Of a stretch of 64,000 nucleotides of DNA, positions 42,217-52,765 are shown piece after piece. Each line of letters opens with the position of its first letter. The stretch's first letter is position 1. Below the pieces are notes generated by a model. It searched no databases. It worked only from the letters and a program-made list of their open reading frames with translations, and was not told the origin of the DNA. Both the position numbers and the translations under genes were made by a program. This DNA is from an uncultured delta proteobacterium (GTDB taxonomy: Bacteria; Desulfobacterota; Desulfobacteria; Desulfobacterales; JAFDCJ01), in assembly GCA_963769935.1 (NCBI GenBank), contig CAVYNY010000019.1, positions 79,147-143,146 on the forward strand, in the 5' to 3' direction.

Positions 42217-43130
42217 ACGGTGCCGACACTAACCCTTGCCGCCTTTGTGGAGAGAAAAGCCACCAGATCATTCTGGGTGATATTATCACCAGGACCAACG
42301 ATCATTTTGCGTTGAACCAATGCGATAATTGCACTCTGGTAACAACATATCCCATGCCTTCGGATAAATTGCTGCAGCAGTATTATAATCAGAATTACTG
42401 GCAATCCGACCGGCAAAATATTAAACCTTCGCTCAATATTCTATATCAGCTGCGCATGAAGCCTATCGTTTCAGCCATTCGGAAGTATACACACGCTGAA
42501 AGCAAGCTCCTGGATTGGGGTTGCGGTGACGGGTCATTTATAAGACTTCTACGCAAATTTGGATTGCACTGTTTCGGCATCGATGCCTACAAACAGAACC
42601 TGGACGATCCGCAGCTATCATTGACATCGATTGAAAAAGCTGATTTCCCGGATGAGTATTTCGATATTATCACCTGTTTTCATGTTCTGGAGCACCTGGC
42701 TGATCCGCTCACCTCGGTTAAAAACGCATTGAGATTGGTAAAAACCGGCGGAGTGATAATCATCGAGGTCCCCAACCTTGATTCAGTCGGCTTTCGGATA
42801 TTTAAGAACCGCTGGCAGCCCCTGGAGATACCGACCCACTTAAATCATTTCACCCCGACTACCTTGCAACGGGTATTTCAATCTGCCGGAAAGGTAAAAA
42901 TTTTTGAGATAGAATTTTTTTCCCACCGTATTTCTCCCAGTGCCCTGGTGTTATCGGTATTACCTTCTCTTTCTCCCAGAAGCGCGCGCAAGAAATATGA
43001 AGGCCGATACCCCTTATCACATTTAACCTTCTATTTTATGACGCAGTTGCTCGCATATCCATTGGCAGCGGCAGGTTCCTCTCTGGGTCATGGAGAAATC
43101 GTCCGTATGTACGTCAGGAAATCCGGCTGA
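42213..43130 (+). CDS. class I SAM-dependent methyltransferase with N-terminal Zn-binding motif
   Basis: CRLC...CDNC, LDWGCGDG, FHVLEH, EVPN. Confidence 0.88.
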   Translation: MNGADTNPCRLCGEKSHQIILGDIITRTNDHFALNQCDNCTLVTTYPMPSDKLLQQYYNQNYWQSDRQNIKPSLNILYQLRMKPIVSAIRKYTHAESKLLDWGCGDGSFIRLLRKFGLHCFGIDAYKQNLDDPQLSLTSIEKADFPDEYFDIITCFHVLEHLADPLTSVKNALRLVKTGGVIIIEVPNLDSVGFRIFKNRWQPLEIPTHLNHFTPTTLQRVFQSAGKVKIFEIEFFSHRISPSALVLSVLPSLSPRSARKKYEGRYPLSHLTFYFMTQLLAYPLAAAGSSLGHGEIVRMYVRKSG

Positions 43131-44062
43131 TGAAATTAAAATTTTTTCTGCGCATAATCGGACCCATTATTTTTATCATCCTATTTTACGTCTACATTGA
43201 TGTTCATAGGCTGATAGATATTCTTAGGGCTTCGAAATGGGAGTTTTTTATTGCCAGTCTGGCGCTCAACCCGCCCTTGATTTTCATTAGAAGCATCCGC
43301 TGGCAGATCATCTTGTCAAAATACGATATTTTCTATAAAAAATGGCAATGCTATAAAATATATTTTGTGGAAATGGTTGCGATCATGGTGGTTGCTGCGG
43401 TCGGGACTTTTGCCAAAGTAGTATATCTTAAACGGGACGGCCACGGTCTGCTGCAGCCGTTGCTGTCCATATTGGCTGAAAAATATTATGATTATCTGCT
43501 GCCGTTGATATTTGGCGCCATCAGTCTTTTTTTAGTGTGGCTAAGGCCTGATTCCGCTGTGGGATTGATCTTATTTTTATTGCTAACGCTACTGGCGTTT
43601 ATTCCGGCCCGCAAAGCCTGTCTGCTGCTTTCTCCGCGGTTGCTGCCGAGGCGCTTAAACGAGCTGCTTAACAAAAAAGGCTGGCCTATAAATGAACATC
43701 TGACAAAAATACATGATATCTTGAATTTTAAAATGTATATTTTCTCAATCATGGCCTTTGGCCTTTATTTTGTCAGCATATATTGTTTAACGAAGGGACT
43801 GCGCCTGGAACTGAGTTTTTTTCAAGTAGTGCTGATCATGACGATTACTTCACTGATCACGCTGATCCCCATATCTTTTTTAGGAATCGGCACTAGAGAC
43901 GCCGGTTTACTGGCAGTTTTCAGTTTTTTTGGGCGCACCCCGGAACAGGCCGTAGCCTTATCCATGGCACTGCTACTCTTGAGAATTGCGATTGTATTTA
44001 TGGGTTCGATTTTCTGGTTTATCGACCCGCCCCCACTGGCTGAGCTGAGGCAATTAAAATAA
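43130..44062 (+). CDS. UPF0104 / lysylphosphatidylglycerol-synthase-TM flippase-like protein
   Basis: RSIRW, EKYYD, PISFLGIGTRD; multi-TM. Confidence 0.8.
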   Translation: MKLKFFLRIIGPIIFIILFYVYIDVHRLIDILRASKWEFFIASLALNPPLIFIRSIRWQIILSKYDIFYKKWQCYKIYFVEMVAIMVVAAVGTFAKVVYLKRDGHGLLQPLLSILAEKYYDYLLPLIFGAISLFLVWLRPDSAVGLILFLLLTLLAFIPARKACLLLSPRLLPRRLNELLNKKGWPINEHLTKIHDILNFKMYIFSIMAFGLYFVSIYCLTKGLRLELSFFQVVLIMTITSLITLIPISFLGIGTRDAGLLAVFSFFGRTPEQAVALSMALLLLRIAIVFMGSIFWFIDPPPLAELRQLK

Positions 44063-44092
44063 AGCCTATATTGATATAAACAGGTAACATTG

Positions 44093-46725
44093 ATGGCCGT
44101 GAAGAAACAATCCCCCGAGCTTAAAAAGAAACAAATCAAACAGGACGCGCAGGTATCGAAAGAGCGCCCAAAGGCACTTGCAGAGAGCGAACGGGTGTCA
44201 TTTATTAATTTCGACCGGTATCAGGCTCTTCTTCTGGCCTTGTTGATTTTGATGGGCTTCATCGTTTATTCCAATACCTTCCACTCACCTTTTGTCTTTG
44301 ATGATAAAACGGCAATAACAGAGAACCCCTTTATTCGAATGGGGGAGATCAACTCCAGGAGCATAATCGATGCTGCAACGGGATATGGCAAAAACCGCCC
44401 GGTGGCAATGATAAGTTTTGCATTTAACTACTATTTTGACCAGTACAATGTGATTGGATACCACCTGGTCAATATATTTATTCATATCATAAATGGCATT
44501 TTGCTCTTCTTCCTAGTGAAACTAACGCTGACGCTGTCAAATCAGCAGGCAGATACAACCCGCAAATTAAATCCGAGAACGGTTACCAACCTGTCCTTTT
44601 TCACAGCGCTTTTATGGCTCCTAAACCCCGTACAAACCCAGTCTGTTACCTATATCGTTCAACGAATGAACAGCATGGGGGCCATGTTCTATATCCTGGC
44701 ACTATGGTTGTACGCCAAAGGGCGAATTGCGCAGCAAATATCCGGCCAGGATGTTGCGGCTCGGTCAAGATGTTATGTTTGGTGGTTTGCGGGATGCTTT
44801 CTGGCGGGCATTCTGGCGTTTGGCAGTAAAGAAAGTACGGCGTTCCTACCGGTAATTATTTTCCTGTACGAATGGTACTTCTTTCAGGATCTCAGCAAAG
44901 ATTGGCTTAAACGCCGTTTGAAATTGGCACTGGCCCTTACAGTTCTTTTAGTTCTCATTGCCTTGATATATACCGATTTTGACCCGTTTGACTAAATTGA
45001 ATCGACTTAATGATTTTTCGAAAAATGAATTTACGATAGCTCAAAGAGCTTTAACTCAACTGCGGGTGGTTATTTACTATATCAGTTTATTGTTTTATCC
45101 CCATCCGTCCCGGCTGAATCTGGATTACGATTTTCCGCTCTCTTATTCACTGATTAATCCCATCACGACCCTGCCGTCTCTGGTATTAATTCTCGGCCTG
45201 GTCGCACTGGGATTATACCTGGCCAAAAAGCAGCGCTTGATATCATTTTGTATTTTCTGGTTTTTAGGAAACCTGGTGGTTGAATCATCTGTGATTCCTC
45301 TGGCCATTATTTTTGAACACCGGCTGTATATGCCTTCCATGCTGGTCGGCCTGGTGGCCGTCCATTGTGTTTATCGGCACCTCAAGCCGCAATGGTTGAC
45401 CGTTGGTATTTGCGGCAGTTCTGGTTGCAATTTTTTCTTACTGGACGTTTCAAAGAAATGATGTCTGGCGAAACGATGTAACTCTGTGGGCAGATTGTGT
45501 AAAAAAATCCCCCGACAAGGCTCGACCCCATTTAAACCTGGGGGAAGCCCTGCTAAATCAGAAACGGTATGATGAAGCCCTGACCAATCTCCTGAAGGCT
45601 ATCCAAATAGACCCAAATTATGTTGAAGCCCATCTTAATCTGGGGGTCCTCTACGACAAGCAGGGGGAAACGGATAAAGCCATCGAACAATACCATAGGG
45701 CCATTCAGATTGATCCAAATTATGCCAAGGCTTACAACAACCTGGGAGCCGCACTCACAAAGCAGGGTAAACCGGACGAGGCGATATCAAGCCTCCAAAA
45801 AGCCTTGCAGATAGATCCTGATTTTTCTGAAGCGCACATGAACGTGGGAGTCGCACTTGCAGCACAGGATAAAAACGATGCGGCGATCGAACACTTTAAA
45901 AAAGCCCTGCAATTGAACCCGAACCTGGCCAGAGCACAATTTCTGCTGGGAGATGCACTGCTGAAGCGAGGTCAGACCGAACAAGGCATCCATCACATTG
46001 AAATCGCATTGCAAATGGATCCCGATTATGCCGAAGCCCACAATAATCTGGGGGCAGAACTTTTGCGGCAGGGAAAAGTCGATGAAGCCCTGGAGCATTT
46101 CAATGCGGCACTGAAAACTAACCCTGACATAGCGGAAGCCCACAACAATGTGGGGATCATCATGATCCAAAAAGGCAATCTCGACGCGGCGATTTCGCAT
46201 TTTCAGAAGGCGCTGCAAATAGCGCCTGAATTTGAACCGGCAAAGAACAATCTGCAAAAAGCGCTGGCCATCCGGCAAAATAAAATGGGTGCGGAGGCCG
46301 AAAGACTCCTGACGGCCCTGAAAAGCAGCCCGGACGATCCGGTATTGAACTATAGATTGGGCAATTTGTATCTCGGCCAGGGAGAATTAAACAACGCCGT
46401 TCGCCGATTTGAAAAAGCACTGGCACTGCAGCCGAAATTTCCGGAGGCCCAGAACAACCTGGCGCTGGCCTATGCCGCCGGCCGGCAATATGATCGGGCG
46501 CTGGCCGCCTTTAAAAAACTAGTCGAGCTTGATCCGGACAACCCCAGCACCTACTACAACATCGCCGTCTTGCATGCCCTGCAGAACAATGTGGCCGACG
46601 CTATAGTTTGGCTAAAAAAAGCGGTTGACAGAGGCTATCAGAACTGGGAGCTGATAAAAACGGATAAGGATCTGGCAAATATCAGGCAGTCGGAAGATTA
46701 TAAGCAACTGGTAAAAGGGCATTAG
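44093..46725 (+). CDS. TMTC-like GT-C + long TPR array (frameshifts near 44990 and 45410)
   Basis: FVFDD, NRP, NPVQTQSVTYIVQR, SKE, FEHRLYMP; more than 10 TPRs; C-terminal YYNIA...IKTDKDLANIR domain. Confidence 0.8.
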
Positions 46726-46726
46726 A

Positions 46727-46950
46727 AGGTTCAGAGGTTTTGGGTTCCGGGTTCAGAGGTTTCTGGTTCAGCGCAGTTGCTGGATATCGATGTCATTGTT
46801 TGAATAGAGTTAATGGCTGGGCTCAACCCTGATTGCGGGGTTGTCTCCTGGGGCTATAGTCCGGAGGGCGAAGTCCCAAGCCCCAAACCTATGGACCCTG
46901 AACGCTGAACCTTCAACTCTGAACCCTGAACCTATGAACCTCTGAACCTA
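46727..46950. repeat. inverted heptamer/octamer arms (GGTTCAG / CTGAACC) with central spacer
   Basis: GGTTCAGAGGTT..GGGTTCAGAGGTT versus CTGAACCCTGAACCTATGAACCTCTGAACC. Confidence 0.7.
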
Positions 46951-47000
46951 AATTTCCATTGACACACCCGCCTGCTTGAGATATGGCTTCATTCAATTAA

Positions 47001-47109
47001 CGTCAGGCTGAAGCCTGGACGACGGATCATTATCACAGAAAAACAGACCAAGAATGCCGGCCACGAAGGTTATGTGCCCTGAAGGCACAAAGTACCCGTG
47101 GCTTTTTTT
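47001..47109 (+). promoter_or_regulatory. structured leader with putative premature terminator upstream of cbiQ
   Basis: Hairpin CGTCAGGCT-GA-AGCCTGGACG; stem GCCACG...CGTGGC enclosing TGTGCC/GGCACA, followed by T7; TTGACA at 46959. Confidence 0.5.
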
Positions 47110-47161
47110 GTTTAGCGCCTATCTCAACATTAGCAGTTCATCGGATTTAGAAAACATCGCT

Positions 47162-47920
47162 ATGATTTCAGAAACTTTTGCCACCGGCAATTCAATTATT
47201 CACAAACTCGACCCGCGAACGCGGATAATCTCTGCAACGGTTTATTGTTTTGTGGTGGCGTTTTCCGAACATTTTCCGGTACTGTTGACCGCTGTCGCTA
47301 TTTCTGCGGCGCTGGTTCTCCTGAGTGGAATTCGATTGAAAGATATCGGCCGACGCATGATGATTGTCAACGGGTTTATTCTGCTGCTGTGGGCAGTACT
47401 GCCCTTGACCTATGGCGGAGAAGCGCTTTTTCAGATTGGCTGGCTTGATGTTTCCCGTCAGGGAGTAAACCTGTCGGCTCGGATCACATTAAAATCAAAT
47501 GCAATTTTACTTGCTTTTATCAGTCTTATCGCCACCATGCCTTTGGCCACCCTGGGCCATGCGCTAAAAAAGCTGGGGGTACCGTCAAAAATAATTCACC
47601 TGCTGCTGATGAACTGCCGCTATGTATTCGTCATCGAGCAGGAATATCAGCGGCTCATCCGGGCGGCTAAAATCCGCGGCTTTCAGCCCGGAACCAATCT
47701 GCACACCTACCGCACCTACGCTTATGTCATCGGCATGCTGCTGGTGCGGACGGCATCCAGAGCCCAGCGGGTTCACCAGGCTATGCTCTGCCGGGGATTT
47801 AAAGGCACCTTTTACAGTCTGCAGGAATTTAGCAGGGACCGCAATGCCTGGATTTTTTCAATGTTGATGACGATCATCAATATTGGACTCATCATCATGG
47901 AACTAACAAAGGTGGGGTAG
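47162..47920 (+). CDS. cbiQ: Co/Ni ECF transporter T component
   Basis: IHKLDPR, ITLKSNAI, RYVFV, RGF, AMLCRGF; start taken at MISETFA. Confidence 0.9.
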   Translation: MISETFATGNSIIHKLDPRTRIISATVYCFVVAFSEHFPVLLTAVAISAALVLLSGIRLKDIGRRMMIVNGFILLLWAVLPLTYGGEALFQIGWLDVSRQGVNLSARITLKSNAILLAFISLIATMPLATLGHALKKLGVPSKIIHLLLMNCRYVFVIEQEYQRLIRAAKIRGFQPGTNLHTYRTYAYVIGMLLVRTASRAQRVHQAMLCRGFKGTFYSLQEFSRDRNAWIFSMLMTIINIGLIIMELTKVG

Positions 47921-48134
47921 AAAATACCCTGAGGATAGGTTTCAGGTGCCGGGTGTCAGATAAAAAACTCACAGCTGATAGCTCATAGTTCATAGTTAAA
48001 AGACACCGAGAAATTCGAATGTTGAACAGCAGAATCTTTCCAATGCGGACAAGTTTTGAAGGGTCGTTTCGCTCGCGCAGTGCAGGCGCTTGCGCCGCGT
48101 GTTACTCAGTCTTTTATAAAAGGGCAACCAACAT

Positions 48135-48878
48135 ATGGCAGCAACTATGAACCCAGACGCCCCGCTCATAAATCTTACAGGCATAACCTATAGATACCCG
48201 GAAGCCGCGCATCCCGTGCTCGATAATCTGGACCTGAAATTTTACCGTGGCCAACGGATGGGGCTGGTGGCTCCCAACGGCAGCGGCAAGACGACCCTTT
48301 TGCATATCATGATGGGGTTGTTGAAACCGGATTCCGGCTGCCTGGAAATTTTCGGCAACCCAGTCTCTGAAGAAAAAGATTTTTTGGAAGTTCGGCGCCG
48401 AATCGGGCTGCTGTTTCAGGACTCGGATGACCAGCTCTTTTCTCCGACGGTTTTGGAGGACGTCGCCTTCGGACCGTTGAATCTGGGCAAATCCAAAGAG
48501 GAGGCCATTGACATCGCCCGCAGGACACTTGCTGATTTGGGATTGGCCGGTTTTGAGGCCCGCATAACAATTAAGCTGTCCGGCGGAGAAAAAAGACTGG
48601 TAGCTCTGGCGACGGTGCTGGCCATGGAACCGGAGGTTCTGCTGCTTGATGAACCGATAAATGGCCTGGATACCGAAACCCAAAAAAAAATTGGACAAAT
48701 TCTTGCCGGCCTGAACCTTTCATATATCATCATCTCCCATGATCTCGATTTTTTGACATCAATAACCGGTTCAATCTATACAATTCGGGCCGGCAAAATC
48801 ATTTTAGACGATAAGCTTCAGGTACACGAGCATGTCCATGCCCATCCCCATGGAACGTACCCCCACCGCCATGAGTAG
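48135..48878 (+). CDS. cbiO: Co/Ni ECF transporter ATPase with His-rich tail
   Basis: APNGSGKTT, FQDSDDQLF, VAFGPLN, LSGGEK, LLDEP; HEHVHAHPHGTYPHRHE. Confidence 0.88.
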   Translation: MAATMNPDAPLINLTGITYRYPEAAHPVLDNLDLKFYRGQRMGLVAPNGSGKTTLLHIMMGLLKPDSGCLEIFGNPVSEEKDFLEVRRRIGLLFQDSDDQLFSPTVLEDVAFGPLNLGKSKEEAIDIARRTLADLGLAGFEARITIKLSGGEKRLVALATVLAMEPEVLLLDEPINGLDTETQKKIGQILAGLNLSYIIISHDLDFLTSITGSIYTIRAGKIILDDKLQVHEHVHAHPHGTYPHRHE

Positions 48879-48883
48879 ACAAT

Positions 48884-50548
48884 CTATGGATTGAGGGCTT
48901 TTTGCTCAATCAATAGATTTTTGTTTGATATTAAAAGCTTATCCCCCTCCTGCGCCAAGACATACACCGGTCTCTTTAGGTCTGAATACCGGTTGCGGGT
49001 GATGATGCAGTATACCTTTTTGTCGGAATCCAGGTAGTTTTGTATTTGGTCGGGTTTTTTCAGCACCTGTGCGCGACGCCCGGTATAGAACAGCGCCGTC
49101 TCCTTTATCCGGCCGCAAAAGGTAAATTTTTCACCCGGCGGAATCAGACGGTCATACTGCAAGGCAAGCTCCCTGGTGCTGCGATACGGGTTGACGGACG
49201 GTACGATCACCAGCATAAAAACATGCAGGGTGGTCACGACCATAAAGACCAGCGCCCCGAAAAACAGACGGTCTTTTTTTCTTAGCAGAAATACAGCCGC
49301 AATCACAATGGACCCAACCAGCCAGAACGCCGCCAGATTCATTTGCCCTACAGTGACACCGGATTCATGTTCAACTTTCACCAGGGGGTGAGTCCACACA
49401 TAAATCAGGGCGAGCATAAAAATTATCACAACGGGCAGAAACGAAATCAAAAAACCCCGGTGCAATCCCGGTGTGGGGGCTTTGAGCAACTCATGCCAAA
49501 GCAGGGCCGTCAGCAGGGAGGCCGCCGGAAATATCGGCAGAATATAGGTCGGCAGCTTCGAACCGGCGATAGAGAAAAAAATAAAAATCACGCCGATCCA
49601 GATTACAAGAAACGCCGTTGCCCCCGGCACGGTTTGAAAACGCCTGCGGACGGCATAAATAAATGCGAGCGGTAAAAAACAGCTCCAGGGGAAAAAGCCC
49701 CCGAACAGCACCGGAAGGTAGTAATAAAAAGGGGCCGGATGTCGCGGATGCGCCGAAACGAAACTTCCGAGGTTCTGGTAAACAAAAAAATATTTGGCGT
49801 AGCCGGGATTTTTCAAGCTGATCAGGATATACCAGGGAGACGCCACCGCCAGAAAAATCAGAATCCCCCAACCGATTTGCATCTGTTTGATAAAACTTAG
49901 TTTTCTCTCAAAGATGAGAAACAGTCCGATAACCATGGCCGGCAGGGCCAGACCCAGCGGTCCCTTGGCCAGGACGGCCAGGCCCATGGCTGCGTATAAA
50001 AAAAGCAGGTTCCGTTTGCGATGCCGGATGTCCTGATAGGCGAGATAAAACAGGTAAAGCGCGAAGGTCACCAAAAAAACCAGGCTGATATCGTGTACGA
50101 CGGTTCGACTCAGAATGATAAATTCCACGGCAGTTGCCAGAATCACACCAGCCAAAAAACCGACCGTCACATTGGCCAGCCTGCGACCCAGCAAATAGGT
50201 GACCAGAACGCATCCGGTTCCCAAAATCGCTGCCGGCAGACGCGCCGCAAATTCAGTAAATCCGAAAACCAGGAAGGCAAGCGCCCCCAGCCAGTTGAAC
50301 AGGACCGGCTTGTCAAAAAAAGGTTCGCCGTTGACGGTCGGGGTGATCCAGTCGCCGCTTCGCACCATTTCCATGGAAGTAACGGCGTGCGTGCCTTCAT
50401 CGACATCCCACAGCGGCCGGACTCCCAAACGCAAAAAGAACAAGCTCAGGCATAGCGTGATCAAGGTGAGAACCAGAAAGGTTTCTTTTCTTCGGATAAT
50501 TTGGGGCAGCATCCGTTTGCCAGGGTCTGTTATCGAATTGAAAAGCAT
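48884..50548 (-). CDS. ArnT-like GT-C glycosyltransferase (GT83)
   Basis: LWDVDEG, GDWITP, FFDKPVLFNW, ARLP, LAKGP, SKLPTYILP. Confidence 0.9.
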   Translation of the reverse strand: MLFNSITDPGKRMLPQIIRRKETFLVLTLITLCLSLFFLRLGVRPLWDVDEGTHAVTSMEMVRSGDWITPTVNGEPFFDKPVLFNWLGALAFLVFGFTEFAARLPAAILGTGCVLVTYLLGRRLANVTVGFLAGVILATAVEFIILSRTVVHDISLVFLVTFALYLFYLAYQDIRHRKRNLLFLYAAMGLAVLAKGPLGLALPAMVIGLFLIFERKLSFIKQMQIGWGILIFLAVASPWYILISLKNPGYAKYFFVYQNLGSFVSAHPRHPAPFYYYLPVLFGGFFPWSCFLPLAFIYAVRRRFQTVPGATAFLVIWIGVIFIFFSIAGSKLPTYILPIFPAASLLTALLWHELLKAPTPGLHRGFLISFLPVVIIFMLALIYVWTHPLVKVEHESGVTVGQMNLAAFWLVGSIVIAAVFLLRKKDRLFFGALVFMVVTTLHVFMLVIVPSVNPYRSTRELALQYDRLIPPGEKFTFCGRIKETALFYTGRRAQVLKKPDQIQNYLDSDKKVYCIITRNRYSDLKRPVYVLAQEGDKLLISNKNLLIEQKALNP

Positions 50549-52602
50549 CAGTCTGCCTTCTCCCATACCAGCAGCACCTTGCCATCCCAGTGCACCCGGC
50601 GATGCTCGCGGTTGACTTGAATCTCATCGGTAGTTCGGCTGACCAATTTCAAGGCAAATCGATTCCGAAGCATTTGTATGAGGGCCTCCCGGGGGCGGTC
50701 ATATTCGCCCGTGTCCCCTGCCGCGGTGATCAACCAGGTCAGGTGACGGCGGTGCTGGACTTCTATTGTTCCAACCAAAAGGGGGATATTGTTTCCGGCA
50801 ATCCTGAAATCCGAGGGCCACAGACGCAGCAGCCAACGCTGAAGCATGACCTCGTGCACAAGGCGCAGGCAGTCAACCCGGCCGCTGTGAAGACGCGGCA
50901 AAACGGGCAATTTTTCAGTCGGCGTGTCCGGGGAAAGCATTGCCAGAAAATTTTTCAGATTCAACGCCGGTGGGTGTTGCCAGCCTTTGGTTGACAGATA
51001 TCGGGATAGCTCATCGGGCGACCCGGCCCACTGGATGGTCAGGGGTTGTTTCCGTTCGCCCGCCATATCAATCCGCCATGCAGGAAAATCCCGCCAGCCA
51101 TCGGCCAGCCATGTCGCCAGCGGCATGGATCGCACGTTTTGTTGGGGCGCATAAAACGTGAGATCATTTGCGTGGCGTTGGGTCACGTGCCACCCCCCGG
51201 CGATGACGATAACGAGTGCAGCCACCAGTCCCAGCAAACGCCGGGGCACGCCGTCATCGGGTCTTTTCAGGTAGGCGATGCCAAGCAGGGCAGCCCAGCT
51301 TGTGCCTATGCAAAATCCGCCCAGGACATCGGAAAGCCAGTGGGCACCCAGGTAAAGGCGCGAAACCGCTATAATAAAGGAGATCAGAAGTACACCGACA
51401 AAAATCCCCCACCGCCAAGTGCTGGAAAGACCTCTAACGAGTATGATGGCCAGAAATCCATATAGGATCACATTCATGGTGGTGTGGCCGCTGGGAAACC
51501 CAAAGGCCGAGGCCCCATGGTAAATGGCCACGGGGCGCGGCAAATGGATCAACCATTTCAGCAATTGAACGCCCACTATACCACCGAGCGCGGCCAATGC
51601 CCAAAAGCCTGCCGTGCGGTAGCAGCGTTTGCCGAGCAGCACAAGAAGAACCGCAGCGGTCAGACATATGTCGACAAAAGAATCGCCGAGTTCCGTTACT
51701 GCTACAAAGATACGGTCGGCCCACGGGGTTCTAAGGAACTGAAAAAGATGGTAGACAGCCTGATCGGCCATCACCAGCGGGTCTTTGGCCAGGACATCCT
51801 GCAAAACACCCAGAAATCCCCATCCTGCCGCAAAAAGCGTCACGACCAGGAAGCCGAGAAACAATTCCTCCTCGTGTTGACGAAGGAATAGGTTGAACAA
51901 AAACCGTTTTACGGGGAGCACCACTTTATGGACAGGTGTGTCCGCGGCAACCCAGCCTTTCAACGCGGCAATCCAGATCGGTCCCCGACGCGCGGCCAGC
52001 AATACCAGCTTGCGGCCAAGCCAGATGAAACCCCAGCAAGTGCCGAGGATAAGAAAGATGAGAACGGCCAGGCGTGTGCTGACCGCTCCCGCCACGGCCA
52101 GCGAAGTTCCGAAAAACACACCGGGCAAAATATAGGCAAAAGCCCAGCCGATGGCCGACAATACGTTGACGACGAAAAAAGGCACTGGCCCCATGCCCAG
52201 CATCCCGGCCACAACCGGGATAACCGGGCGTACCGGGCCCACAAAACGGCCCAACAGAACACTTTTGCCGCCATGACGCAGAAAAAAAATCTCTCCATTT
52301 TTGAGCATGCCTGGATGGTGGGAAAACGGCCATATCCGGCGCAGTTCTTCCTGGTAGTGGCGGCCCAGCCAGTAGCTGATGCCGTCTCCGGCGATGGCTC
52401 CGGCCGCGGCCAGCAGCAATACGGGCTTCAGCCCCAGGCTGCCCGTGGCCACAATCGCGCCCACGCCGAACATGATCACCGTGCCGGGAACAATCAAACC
52501 GACCAGGGCCAGGGATTCGGAAAGGGAAACCAGAAAGATCGCCCCGTAAGCCAGGCCGGAGTGGTGGGTGATAAAAGCCAGCAATGTATTCAGGTAATGC
52601 AT
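50548..52602 (-). CDS. bifunctional DedA / PAP2 protein with LssY-like C-terminal domain
   Basis: ESLALVGLIVPG, GRFVGPVR (DedA); LPRP, FPSGH, SRLYLGAHWLSDV (PAP2); PLTIQWAG, LPVLPRLH. Confidence 0.88.
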   Translation of the reverse strand: MHYLNTLLAFITHHSGLAYGAIFLVSLSESLALVGLIVPGTVIMFGVGAIVATGSLGLKPVLLLAAAGAIAGDGISYWLGRHYQEELRRIWPFSHHPGMLKNGEIFFLRHGGKSVLLGRFVGPVRPVIPVVAGMLGMGPVPFFVVNVLSAIGWAFAYILPGVFFGTSLAVAGAVSTRLAVLIFLILGTCWGFIWLGRKLVLLAARRGPIWIAALKGWVAADTPVHKVVLPVKRFLFNLFLRQHEEELFLGFLVVTLFAAGWGFLGVLQDVLAKDPLVMADQAVYHLFQFLRTPWADRIFVAVTELGDSFVDICLTAAVLLVLLGKRCYRTAGFWALAALGGIVGVQLLKWLIHLPRPVAIYHGASAFGFPSGHTTMNVILYGFLAIILVRGLSSTWRWGIFVGVLLISFIIAVSRLYLGAHWLSDVLGGFCIGTSWAALLGIAYLKRPDDGVPRRLLGLVAALVIVIAGGWHVTQRHANDLTFYAPQQNVRSMPLATWLADGWRDFPAWRIDMAGERKQPLTIQWAGSPDELSRYLSTKGWQHPPALNLKNFLAMLSPDTPTEKLPVLPRLHSGRVDCLRLVHEVMLQRWLLRLWPSDFRIAGNNIPLLVGTIEVQHRRHLTWLITAAGDTGEYDRPREALIQMLRNRFALKLVSRTTDEIQVNREHRRVHWDGKVLLVWEKAD

Positions 52603-52765
52603 CGGGATTACCCCTAATGCCAAATTAAATTTAAGACGAAAGCCTGCATCGAAAGCAGCATCTGCATCTCATTCGTGGCTGTCACTGCATTGAATAAGTC
52701 AATGTCGGGTATCGTTCTTTAGCCCAATCAGGACAAAGGCTATGGGAAAATTCTGCATCCCGACA

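Noticed and set aside
46959..47161. Canonical cobalamin riboswitch before cbiQ
   Set aside because: No AGGGAA, GCAACTGT/GCCACTG or AGxCxGxAGACC B12-box elements are visible; kept only as an unclassified leader.
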